DNA from: a virus
Lineage: Duplodnaviria > Caudoviricetes
Direction: 5' to 3' (one strand)
Length of the DNA: 64,000 nucleotides
IMG/VR virus record: IMGVR_UViG_3300013121_000046
Below, piece after piece: positions 1 through 8,369 of the stretch. Within the stretch, counting starts at the first letter, position 1; every line of letters starts with the position of its first letter. The notes beneath the pieces were generated by a model. It ran no database searches and was not told where the DNA came from. It was given only the letters and a program-made list of their open reading frames with translations. The translations under genes were made by a program, and so were the position numbers.

Positions 1-10
1 AATGTAAAAT

Positions 11-52
11 AAAAAACCTCGCAGGCCCCAAAGGAACCTGCGAGGTTTTTTA
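11..52. terminator. Bidirectional rho-independent terminator
   Basis: AAAAAACCTCGCAGG...CCTGCGAGGTTTTTT inverted repeat with A/T tracts, just downstream of the 85..1845 gene. Confidence 0.8.
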
Positions 53-84
53 GTCACTACTCTACTTTTGTTTTCAGGTACACA

Positions 85-1845
85 TCAAGCGATATCCTGC
101 AAGGAGATCGTATCCCCGAATTTCGGGAGATAGCTCTGATAATTGGACTTAACCATAGCCAAGTCCCAAACAGCCCACAAAACCGGGTACTCAGGAGCCT
201 TGTCCGGGTACACACCAAATAAATCAGTGAAATAGATAAGGAAATCCGGGTTCCGGGTCTTGGCGAAATGGTCAAAAACCGGACGGAAGTCCGTACCACC
301 ACCCCCCTTAGGAGACCAGTCAATCGTTCCCCCTTCCCAGACTTCCTGACAACTCTGAATCGCTGCATCGCAGCAAAGCAAAACCAAGTCATGCGCGGGA
401 ATTTGACCTCGAATCGACTCAACTTCAGCCGCAAACCGGTTCAACAATTCTTGAGAAATACTCCCAGAAGTATCAATCGCAATGGCCCCGCACAACTTCC
501 CAATTTGCAAACCCGGAATAATCGTCCCGGTACGAGCCAAATATCCCCGATTCGGCCTCTGGTAAGAGTAGTCCGAACGGGCCACTTGAATGACAAACCG
601 AGACAATTCCGCTCGCCAGTCCCGAGTTTTACGTTGAACAATCTCAACATTGAGGCACGCATTACCAGCACCTTTCCCGTGCTGACGAAGGGCCGCTCGT
701 TCTGCTTCCTGCATCTCCTCCTCTGATGCCCTCTCCGTGGTCCCTTCCACATCGGCATCCTGAGAAATGTCGATCACATCTCCATTCTCATCAATCACTT
801 GAGCATACTGACCGTTCCCCAGATCCTTAGCCCCTTCGGGAACTTGATCCTCAATATCGCCAATAAAAATATGCCGCTTTTGGGGAGGAGTCAGGTCAGA
901 ACTAGAATCTGTAGGAGAACCCCCCTGCCCGGAAGAATTATCTTCCCCAGGATTACCTTTCCCAGAATTACCCCAATCCGGAATGGGAAACCCACCAGAA
1001 CCTGAGCATTGACCACAATCCCCATTTTCACCAGATTGACCTTCCTGCCCATTCATCCCGGCAGCATTGCTCTCCATCTCCTCTACTTCATCAAGCATGG
1101 CCGAGAAAATAGCTTCAGTCGATCTACCAGCCCATTCCGGATAATACACCGAAGTATCAAGCATCGGCATCCCGGCATCTTCCAAATCATCTTTAATCGT
1201 ACCGTGAATCGCGGCATCCGCCGCCAAATTCCAGATTTTGGCATTCCGCTGTCGCAAAATGCTCTTAGCAAATCGCCGAAAAGTATCCTTGGTCGGATCC
1301 GGACACTTCGTACGGGCCAAATACCCATCAATCTCAGCATCGTCCGGAATCACATACCCCTGCGAACGCCAAATGTGCCGCCAAACCACATGGGCCATCT
1401 CATGGACAACCACAAAAGCCCGCTCTTCAAGAGTGAGCGAAGCAATGAAAACCGGGTTGAAAAATAGGTTTTTGCCGTCCGTAGCTGCGGTAGGCAGCCA
1501 ATCGGTCTTGGGGATTTTGGGCATTCGCCTTGCGCGATATGCCCACAGAATGTCATAGTTATCCTCAACCAAATCAATGGCTTCGGTCAGATTGTCCAAC
1601 TGAGCCTCAATATACTGAGTCCGCCCCGAGGGATCCAATTCCTCAAACTTCTTAGTCTCTTCGCGACAGCGAAGAACCAATCGCAACCCATTCCGGGACA
1701 TTCCCGTACCAGTCAACAGCGTATCCTGATCCTCCTGCGGAAGAGCTTGGAAGCCAGCCCAAGTCAAGCCTTTCAGACTTTCTTTCTGAGCCTCCGTCAA
1801 TTCTGGCAGTTTGGTTGTGTTATCCGGGGGGGCAAAAAAAGACAT
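85..1845 (-). CDS. vWA domain-containing putative metallopeptidase (DUF2201-like), MoxR partner
   Basis: TAATDG..FFNP, HEMAH (HExxH), Q/G/S-rich linker, AIDTSGS MIDAS motif, GGGGTDF and YFTD. Confidence 0.9.
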   Translation of the reverse strand: MSFFAPPDNTTKLPELTEAQKESLKGLTWAGFQALPQEDQDTLLTGTGMSRNGLRLVLRCREETKKFEELDPSGRTQYIEAQLDNLTEAIDLVEDNYDILWAYRARRMPKIPKTDWLPTAATDGKNLFFNPVFIASLTLEERAFVVVHEMAHVVWRHIWRSQGYVIPDDAEIDGYLARTKCPDPTKDTFRRFAKSILRQRNAKIWNLAADAAIHGTIKDDLEDAGMPMLDTSVYYPEWAGRSTEAIFSAMLDEVEEMESNAAGMNGQEGQSGENGDCGQCSGSGGFPIPDWGNSGKGNPGEDNSSGQGGSPTDSSSDLTPPQKRHIFIGDIEDQVPEGAKDLGNGQYAQVIDENGDVIDISQDADVEGTTERASEEEMQEAERAALRQHGKGAGNACLNVEIVQRKTRDWRAELSRFVIQVARSDYSYQRPNRGYLARTGTIIPGLQIGKLCGAIAIDTSGSISQELLNRFAAEVESIRGQIPAHDLVLLCCDAAIQSCQEVWEGGTIDWSPKGGGGTDFRPVFDHFAKTRNPDFLIYFTDLFGVYPDKAPEYPVLWAVWDLAMVKSNYQSYLPKFGDTISLQDIA

Positions 1846-1884
1846 GATAACCTCTCAAAAAATACCCGGTGCGTCTTGATATTG

Positions 1885-1900
1885 GTATATACCCCAAAAA
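1885..1900 (-). promoter_or_regulatory. Conserved phage promoter motif (TTTTTGGGGTATATAC)
   Basis: Near-identical motif upstream of several genes (4490, 49432, 57807, 59067, 60965) with A/T-rich upstream flank. Confidence 0.65.
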
Positions 1901-2052
1901 TATATATCTAGGGGTGTTTTTTCCAAATATTTTTACTACTTTTCAAGGCAACAGTGACTGTTAGGACTGTCCAGGCTAGGGGCTAGCTTACCCCCAAAAT
2001 TACGTAGGCTATCGCCATAACAGGGTCAAAAAGAAACCTTGAACCTTGGAGT

Positions 2053-2295
2053 CTAACCCCCATGCAATCTTTTCTTGAGAGCCGAATTCGCAAACCAAAA
2101 AGAACCCCCCCTTTTTTCTGAGAGTCCATACGTTAGGTAAGAACCAGAAATTTCCTGTGTTTTATCCTTTGACCTACAGCGGAACTTGAGAGACGGAGAA
2201 ACCTTGACCATCCCCCAAATCAAATCCGGGGTAAGTTTATCTAGTAGTGAAAAAATATCCTGTGAACAATAGGGCTCTCTGCTGTTATTCCCCAT
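2053..2295 (-). CDS. Hypothetical protein, diverged paralog of 2308..2568
   Basis: ORF with G-rich RBS; aligns by eye with neighbour (L.kL.P...W..V, FR..S, yLtY, W...S.LK.R). Confidence 0.6.
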   Translation of the reverse strand: MGNNSREPYCSQDIFSLLDKLTPDLIWGMVKVSPSLKFRCRSKDKTQEISGSYLTYGLSEKRGGSFWFANSALKKRLHGG

Positions 2296-2307
2296 CAGAG
2301 ATTCCCC

Positions 2308-2568
2308 CTAAAACTTAACACGATTTTTGAGATTCGAGGATAGGTGCCAAACTCTACTAAAATCCCCTATGTCCCCCCACATAGAGGTATAGGCCAAAAA
2401 ATTTACCCCCCAATCCTCTCCGAGTTGAGATTTAGCTCGAAATACAAAATCCCCAAACAAATAGAGATTTGAAACCTCAGACCACTGACTTCCGGGGATG
2501 AGTCTTTCTAGAAAAACAACTAGGACGGCCCGAGAGTACCGCCCCTTATGATTAGCTGTCTGATTCAA
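2308..2568 (-). CDS. Hypothetical protein, diverged paralog of 2053..2295
   Basis: ORF in operon; shares motifs with neighbour. Confidence 0.6.
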   Translation of the reverse strand: MNQTANHKGRYSRAVLVVFLERLIPGSQWSEVSNLYLFGDFVFRAKSQLGEDWGVNFLAYTSMWGDIGDFSRVWHLSSNLKNRVKF

Positions 2569-2803
2569 GGGTGGGGTTTTCCATATAGGACTCTAACGCT
2601 CTGGCTTCACAGACAGGACAAACAGCCCTCGCCAAAGTTGCTAATTTCTCGACTTCTTGGCAAATATAGTCGATTCTTTCTTGGTCACACCCCAGTTGCT
2701 CTAATAGAGCACATATCTCCTCAGAAAGAGGGTGTGGGCCTAGGTCATTATCATAGGGACCACCAGAGCAACCGGGGGGATAACTCCAACCAAAAAGACT
2801 CAT
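2552..2803 (-). CDS. Hypothetical protein
   Basis: ORF co-oriented; N-terminal FGWSYPPGC motif seen in small phage proteins. Confidence 0.6.
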   Translation of the reverse strand: MSLFGWSYPPGCSGGPYDNDLGPHPLSEEICALLEQLGCDQERIDYICQEVEKLATLARAVCPVCEARALESYMENPTLESDS

Positions 2804-2864
2804 AGGTAAACCCTAAGCTAGAGCAGAATGATGTAATACCTAATGCTCTTTTTACTCTGAAGTG

Positions 2865-3227
2865 TTATACTCTCACCTGATAAGTTTTCAACTCGTCACT
2901 CAACTCGGAGATACCCCAGTCGAAAAGCTGAAGAACTTTCTTCTTAGTTGTCATCTGCCGCGTCCAATTCTGAGCCTCGCACCCAGTTTTTTCTACCGAA
3001 ACTGCTGCCAGCAAGGTAAACATCTCTGAAAGAAACAGTAATTGTCTATCCATCGGTGCCTTTTTATCTAACAGTTTTAATCGTTTCCCGCAATCTAAAA
3101 CTAGGTCTCGAACAGTACTCCAGTTATAAAATTCGGCTACTGTTCGAGACTTATTTACCGATAACTTCTTTCCCTTGATTCTTTTCTGTACCCCTCGTAA
3201 AACCGCCAGCTTTTCTGTGATTTTCAT
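2865..3227 (-). CDS. Hypothetical protein (likely start MKITEK at 3227)
   Basis: ORF 2865..3302 in track; internal ATG with upstream AGGA. Confidence 0.55.
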   Translation of the reverse strand: MKITEKLAVLRGVQKRIKGKKLSVNKSRTVAEFYNWSTVRDLVLDCGKRLKLLDKKAPMDRQLLFLSEMFTLLAAVSVEKTGCEAQNWTRQMTTKKKVLQLFDWGISELSDELKTYQVRV

Positions 3228-3308
3228 AATCCATATCCTAAAAAACCCACAAGAGGATGTAACTCCTCTTGTGGGTAGTCCCCAAAACTCCCTCGAACAC
3301 AACCCTAA

Positions 3309-4418
3309 CTATCGACCCTTATTGTCTTGCTCCGACAAGTAGTGAGAGTACCCGGCAATCGACTGGACGTAACCCAAGCCGAACCGCTCCTCCAGGGCGC
3401 GAATTGCCACATACGCCATTTCTTCCGGCAACTGCGTGCAGAACCGACAAACGCGATCCACAGCCTTCTCTTCCTGAGGACACATCGACCCCAAGAGGAC
3501 TGCCAAACTGGACGCCTCCTGCGAACTTAGGGGCCGTCCCTGCTTATAGTCATCCTGCGACCAAATCAAATTGGCCGGAGGAATCTGGTTCTCCTCATTC
3601 ACCAAAAACTTCAAATAGGCCAAAGCCGGAGCCATCCCAACTGCCGCAGAAACAGCCAACCGAGTCAACTCCAGGGACTTCTTCTTGTCCGGATCATTCC
3701 CCATAATCTCCGCCACAAATGCCCAAGACCGGGGGGAAGGCCAAGCGCTACCCGAATTGTCTGCACTCATATCGTGCAGAAGGGTCGGGTTTATCAACAG
3801 GAATGCAATCAGATTGGGATTGACGTTGTTACGGAAGGCCCAATCCATCCAATCATAGATATCCGGCTTCACTTCAGCATGGATAAACCGATTCGCCAAA
3901 GGCGAAGGCATACGGAAAGTCACGCCACGGTCACTCTCTCGATTACCGGCGGCAATAATTCGACAGTCTTTGGGAAGACACGTCTCTCCAACCCGTCGAT
4001 CCAGGATCAACTGGTATCCTGCCGCCTGCACCGAAGGCGGAGCGGAATTGATCTCATCCAAGAAAAGAACCGTGTTCTTTTCGTTCGGCTGAGGGAGAAA
4101 CTTCGGAGGAAACCAAACGCATTGCTTGGTTGCCATATCGGGGACACCGATGCCCCGCAAGTCGATGGGGTCCAACTGACTCAATCGCACATCGTACAGC
4201 TTGAGTCCATGATCCGCACAGTACTGTCGAACGCCATCCGACTTCCCCACTCCTGGGGGGCCCCAAATCATCAGAGCACGGTGCGAAGGAATCACCCCCA
4301 AAAGGCGCTTCAGATCACTGACCCGAACAATTGGGGCACCCCCCTCTTCCTTCCGCTTGCCCTGCATATTCTTAGGGGCTCGGACTCGTCCCAAGGGCTT
4401 CTTAGCTACCGGAGCCAT
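3309..4418 (-). CDS. MoxR-type AAA+ ATPase
   Basis: Walker A WGPPGVGKS, Walker B LFLDEIN, IAAGNR, LANRF, PSPRSW; GGAGG RBS. Confidence 0.93.
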   Translation of the reverse strand: MAPVAKKPLGRVRAPKNMQGKRKEEGGAPIVRVSDLKRLLGVIPSHRALMIWGPPGVGKSDGVRQYCADHGLKLYDVRLSQLDPIDLRGIGVPDMATKQCVWFPPKFLPQPNEKNTVLFLDEINSAPPSVQAAGYQLILDRRVGETCLPKDCRIIAAGNRESDRGVTFRMPSPLANRFIHAEVKPDIYDWMDWAFRNNVNPNLIAFLLINPTLLHDMSADNSGSAWPSPRSWAFVAEIMGNDPDKKKSLELTRLAVSAAVGMAPALAYLKFLVNEENQIPPANLIWSQDDYKQGRPLSSQEASSLAVLLGSMCPQEEKAVDRVCRFCTQLPEEMAYVAIRALEERFGLGYVQSIAGYSHYLSEQDNKGR

Positions 4419-4489
4419 ACTTCCTCCAAAAATTCCTAAAATTGTGCCGGTAAATCCTTGGTAGGGGCTCGTTCCCCAACCTCAACACA

Positions 4490-4507
4490 AGTATATACCC
4501 CAAAAAA
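4490..4507 (-). promoter_or_regulatory. Conserved phage promoter motif (TTTTTTGGGGTATATACT)
   Basis: TATACT -10-like hexamer within the repeated motif, ~70 nt upstream of the MoxR start. Confidence 0.65.
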
Positions 4508-4567
4508 TATCTATGATGGGAAAAATAATAAAAAATTTTTCCGGCCCAATTTAACGTCTTCTCGTAG

Positions 4568-5137
4568 CTAGTCCAAGTCTCTTTCCATATCAAGTTCATC
4601 CCCACCCGAAGAGGATCCCCCCTGACGTTTCTCATATTCTGCCCGAGAGATAATCAGGGCCGCAGCCTTTTCCAGATCGGGCAAATATGTGGCCCCATAT
4701 CGCTCAATAATTGTCAAAAACTCGTTAATTTCGGGGGCCACCTTAGTGAAAACCTCCTTGCCACCATCATCCAAAACGATATCCCCCTCCTTATCTCGTT
4801 TAGGCTGTATCCAACAAAGGAAATGGTCCAAAATAGCAATATGATGGGGGGATATCTCTGGATCATTCCAAATTTGGCCGTTCAGAAGCAAAATGGCATC
4901 CAAACCATGATATTGCTTATGCAGAGCCGGGCAGAGCACCGTTTGACCTAACCGTACCCTCCCCTCGGGGGTAGGGCCCCACCCCTGATGCCAAGCCAAA
5001 CCTATTTGTGCTGAGGCTATTTCAGGATGAAACCTGACCACTAAGTCTTCTAAGATTCGGTATAATTCAGTTTTTACCGTGATTCCGTTAACTTCTTCAG
5101 TTTTAGCTATCGGGAATATGGTAGTTTTTCGGCTCAT
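4568..5137 (-). CDS. Putative phage metallopeptidase-family protein (degenerate HExxH)
   Basis: HPEI..A.I.LAW, LG, ILLLN..IW, AILDHFLC, FL.IIERYG match the phage metallopeptidase pattern (usually LDHELCH). Confidence 0.65.
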   Translation of the reverse strand: MSRKTTIFPIAKTEEVNGITVKTELYRILEDLVVRFHPEIASAQIGLAWHQGWGPTPEGRVRLGQTVLCPALHKQYHGLDAILLLNGQIWNDPEISPHHIAILDHFLCWIQPKRDKEGDIVLDDGGKEVFTKVAPEINEFLTIIERYGATYLPDLEKAAALIISRAEYEKRQGGSSSGGDELDMERDLD

Positions 5138-5184
5138 GTCTATGCTCCTACATCCGGGTTAGGGGGAGTATCAAGGGGCGTACG

Positions 5185-6090
5185 TTATGGTACTCTGGAC
5201 GGTGGATCCGGCCGAGAGAATTTCTTTCTACTTCTCAATAGTTCATCCTCAAAAGCTGTGCCCTTTACTCCGTCAGAAAATACAATTTCATAAACAAGAG
5301 GGGTACCGTTATCCAGTCTTTCCTTGTAACTTAAATCCCCAAACTCGGGGTTGAGTACTTTTCCGACCGTAACTTTTTGATGGGATCGGTACCACAACTC
5401 GGCATCGGCTGATTTGTGGCTCTCCCAACAGTGGTATTCAAACCACCTACTGATCCCTACTTCAATGGTGTCTTTAAGTTTTTTACTGCTCATACGAGTA
5501 GTCGAAGGGATATGTGAACCAAAATTCTCTGCTATAATTACTTTACCAATAACTGACCTAAGATTCCTCTTAAAAAAAGCATCATATATTCTCTCTAGTT
5601 CTTCATTCTGAAAACCACAGGTACCACGTACAAACCAATTAGTAAAAACTTCGTGATACCACTCGTCTCCATTCGCTTTATGTTGCCTAATAGACTTAGG
5701 GGCCTTTCCAGGCAAAAATACAACTTCATCTTTTACTACTGCCGGAAAATTTTCAGTTGTCTCTAAGTCAAAAATAGCGTGAGAAATCTGATGAATAATA
5801 ATCCAGGGCGTAGGAGGGTGAATAACGTCAGAATAGAACGGCTGTTGCCTCCGACCAATGTTATACCACAAAGTTATTACATTAGGTTCAGCCTCTGGCT
5901 TATCCCCACCAAAAATTATTCTAATAGGGATACCGCTTAACTTGACCCACTTTTCTACTTTTTCCCGGGTCTTAGGGTGCTCAATATGTTGCCTATCTCC
6001 CGAAGTAAAGTAATTCCCCTCTTCATCCTTGAAATCCCAACCAACTAATTGCGCAAGCTTTAATCTTCTACTTACCATTGAAGTACCCAA
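5185..6090 (-). CDS. Two-domain hypothetical protein, possibly virion-associated (zincin-like N-part)
   Basis: TPWIIIHQISHAIF...HEVF; C-terminal FEYHCWESH.SADAELWYRSHQ domain; N-terminal SRRLKLA motif (likely ATG at 6078). Confidence 0.6.
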   Translation of the reverse strand: MGTSMVSRRLKLAQLVGWDFKDEEGNYFTSGDRQHIEHPKTREKVEKWVKLSGIPIRIIFGGDKPEAEPNVITLWYNIGRRQQPFYSDVIHPPTPWIIIHQISHAIFDLETTENFPAVVKDEVVFLPGKAPKSIRQHKANGDEWYHEVFTNWFVRGTCGFQNEELERIYDAFFKRNLRSVIGKVIIAENFGSHIPSTTRMSSKKLKDTIEVGISRWFEYHCWESHKSADAELWYRSHQKVTVGKVLNPEFGDLSYKERLDNGTPLVYEIVFSDGVKGTAFEDELLRSRKKFSRPDPPSRVP

Positions 6091-6099
6091 AAAACAGAG

Positions 6100-6312
6100 T
6101 TAAGCGCCAACAACTTTTTTAAGCATTTTTGGCCCAATCTCAAAGGCTGCGAAGAGAGAAGTCATAGCCCCAATGGTCTTTGCTTCTGTTTCATCAAAAT
6201 CAAAGGCTGTCATCCACAGAATAAACGCTAAGCAACCTGTCAAGGTTACCATTCTAGTTAGAGCCCAGATTGGGTGAGAACCTTCCCATAGACTAGAGTT
6301 AGATTCACTCAT
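6100..6312 (-). CDS. Small two-helix membrane protein (holin-like)
   Basis: Two hydrophobic segments and a basic C-terminus (KMLKKVV). Confidence 0.45.
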   Translation of the reverse strand: MSESNSSLWEGSHPIWALTRMVTLTGCLAFILWMTAFDFDETEAKTIGAMTSLFAAFEIGPKMLKKVVGA

Positions 6313-6378
6313 AATAAAAATCCTATAGGCTTAAGAAAGGGGAGAACGGCGACGTACTCACCCTAGAGTTCACCTACG

Positions 6379-6422
6379 AAAAAGCCCTAATCATCTGACC
6401 TAACTAGTCAGATGATTAGGGC
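6379..6422 (-). terminator. Rho-independent terminator
   Basis: 16-bp perfect stem GCCCTAATCATCTGAC/GTCAGATGATTAGGGC with T-tract on the minus strand. Confidence 0.8.
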
Positions 6423-6448
6423 CATAAATACCACACTAGGCACTCCAA

Positions 6449-6895
6449 CTAGACTCTAATTGATTCCTTGAGAGCCTGTCGAACCTCAGTTAACACCCCA
6501 TCCACCTCTAAACCAACCACAACACAAAGGGGGAACTCTTCTCCAACTGGCGGAGCCACAGAAAAATCCCCAAAAACTACATCTTCTGACTCACACACCA
6601 AAGCCACCGTTCTCCCCGATTCCTCCGCTCCATCCAAGGGACCCCAAACCACTTGAGCAGAATTGATGGGTATAATCTCACTGGTCCAAATCACCCAAGG
6701 CTGTCCTTCCCGTGATTCAGTAGTCATAACCCATTGAGTCGCCAGAATAGTCACAGAACAATGGACCTGATTATCAACAATACTTGAAGTCAGATCCACA
6801 TCTAACTCAACACCATCTGGAGTCATGTCACAACCCTTTTCAAAATACAGTATAAAACACAGACTAACTACTAGGGTAGTACTAATCCCCACCAA
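6449..6895 (-). CDS. Hypothetical acidic beta-rich protein (likely start MTPDG ~6826)
   Basis: ORF co-oriented within operon. Confidence 0.55.
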   Translation of the reverse strand: MVGISTTLVVSLCFILYFEKGCDMTPDGVELDVDLTSSIVDNQVHCSVTILATQWVMTTESREGQPWVIWTSEIIPINSAQVVWGPLDGAEESGRTVALVCESEDVVFGDFSVAPPVGEEFPLCVVVGLEVDGVLTEVRQALKESIRV

Positions 6896-6936
6896 TAGTT
6901 ACTCAATAGCAATTACAGGTTGGTATAGGTTGAGAC

Positions 6937-7221
6937 CTAATCAGAGAAATACCTAATGTTTTTTCCCAATAACTGTGCTAATTTTCTATGGTAGGGGCAG
7001 GTAAATTCGGCTTCATTTCTAACTGAATACTTATTAACAACAAATTGAATAAGCTCAATCACCGTTGCACGAATCTCCAATAATTTTGTTGTCTCCCCTA
7101 AGCTATTACCACAAATGCAAGTCTGGCCATCTCCCGTAACTTTTTTATGTTCTACTTCCCCCGTTATAATAATTTTTTCCATAGGAAACTTACAGAAAGG
7201 ACATAACATTACTCCAGACAT
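6937..7221 (-). CDS. Zn-ribbon hypothetical protein
   Basis: CPFC and CICG motifs; C-terminal FTCPYH..LA. Confidence 0.6.
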   Translation of the reverse strand: MSGVMLCPFCKFPMEKIIITGEVEHKKVTGDGQTCICGNSLGETTKLLEIRATVIELIQFVVNKYSVRNEAEFTCPYHRKLAQLLGKNIRYFSD

Positions 7222-7248
7222 AATCCATTCCCCTAGTTATCTACAGCC

Positions 7249-7788
7249 TTAACTACTTTTTGTGCCCTCAAGATCAAACTCCTGCCAGTATCTACTCAAC
7301 TCCAGCTTCTGATTTTGGTACTTACCCGCGTAAGGTTGAAAATTACCGATCATTTGATGATAATAAATCTGACAGATCGACATATTAGGAAAAATAAGAA
7401 CCGGATGCACTACAGTAATTTCCAGAGTCCAATACCCCTTAAACCCATGATCCCCAAAACCAGCCGAAACATGTATTTGTATCCCCAATCGAGCCGCAGA
7501 AGACCGACCTTCGATCATTGGGACTAGTTCATTAGGAGTTTCTGTGTATTCAACTGTTCTCCCTAAATACAAAGTTCCTGGAACAAGCTTAAAACCTTCC
7601 TTAGGAATTCTGTGAGAAACCGCCGTTGGTTTTTTTCTAGGGTCTAGAACTTCGTCACTGTAGGTCCATAATTCCGGGTGTAGAGTTAAATCATAACTAT
7701 TAGGACCCAAGTGCTTATCTCGCCAAGGTAAGATAAGCAAATTTCCTAAAAGGACTCTACGTTTTATCTCAGGTCCAGAAAGTATCAT
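7249..7788 (-). CDS. dcd: dCTP deaminase
   Basis: MILS..EI, PNSYDLTL, LGRTVE, EGRSS.ARLG, AGFGD.GF.G..TLEI, ICQI, Y.GKYQ. Confidence 0.95.
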   Translation of the reverse strand: MILSGPEIKRRVLLGNLLILPWRDKHLGPNSYDLTLHPELWTYSDEVLDPRKKPTAVSHRIPKEGFKLVPGTLYLGRTVEYTETPNELVPMIEGRSSAARLGIQIHVSAGFGDHGFKGYWTLEITVVHPVLIFPNMSICQIYYHQMIGNFQPYAGKYQNQKLELSRYWQEFDLEGTKSS

Positions 7789-7805
7789 AGTGCTCTAGAA
7801 AGTAT

Positions 7806-8363
7806 TTACTGGTACAAATTAACCTGATCTCCCCAGGAAGACCAACCCTCTTTTTTAGTTCTAGCGAACAATTCTAAGTATGGCCCAGGACTACAAGACT
7901 CTATAATCCGGTACATCTCATCAGGTTTTCTTGAGTGTTCACGTTTTCTAGTTGCTACCAAGTTGACCTGAGTTCTTCCCGGATCAAGGGTCCTCATCTT
8001 TCCTTTCACACCAAATAATAGGAGTTCAGTAACATTCCGAAAATAAAATCCAACGCCTCGACCATCAGGCCCACCGTCTTTTCGCACCTTGTACCACACA
8101 AGATTTGTTTTGTAGGTAAAACCCCAAGCCTGCATAACCTCTAAACCCCAGGGTAACAAGGCATTGGGAACCCATAGATACAGGTGGCTTTTAGGATTTG
8201 CTAAAGATTCTACTGGGAGTGCTCTAATCTCCTCAATGGACAGAGTACTATACCGGTGAAGTCGCTCATGTTCTGGTGCCATCTTCCCTGTAGAATTCTG
8301 GAATCTCCAGGGGGGGTCAGCAAGAATCGTAGAAAATTTGCTGCTTAAATCGGATAGTAGCAT
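7806..8363 (-). CDS. MT-A70-family adenine methyltransferase
   Basis: ILADPPW, HLYLWVPN, WGF.YKTN.VW.K, RN.TELLLFG, REHSRKP, YLELFAR, WGDQ. Confidence 0.95.
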   Translation of the reverse strand: MLLSDLSSKFSTILADPPWRFQNSTGKMAPEHERLHRYSTLSIEEIRALPVESLANPKSHLYLWVPNALLPWGLEVMQAWGFTYKTNLVWYKVRKDGGPDGRGVGFYFRNVTELLLFGVKGKMRTLDPGRTQVNLVATRKREHSRKPDEMYRIIESCSPGPYLELFARTKKEGWSSWGDQVNLYQ

Positions 8364-8369
8364 ATGACT

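Noticed and set aside
6325-6378. Small hairpin region as a possible ncRNA or tRNA fragment
   Set aside because: Too short, no tRNA T-loop consensus and no independent support
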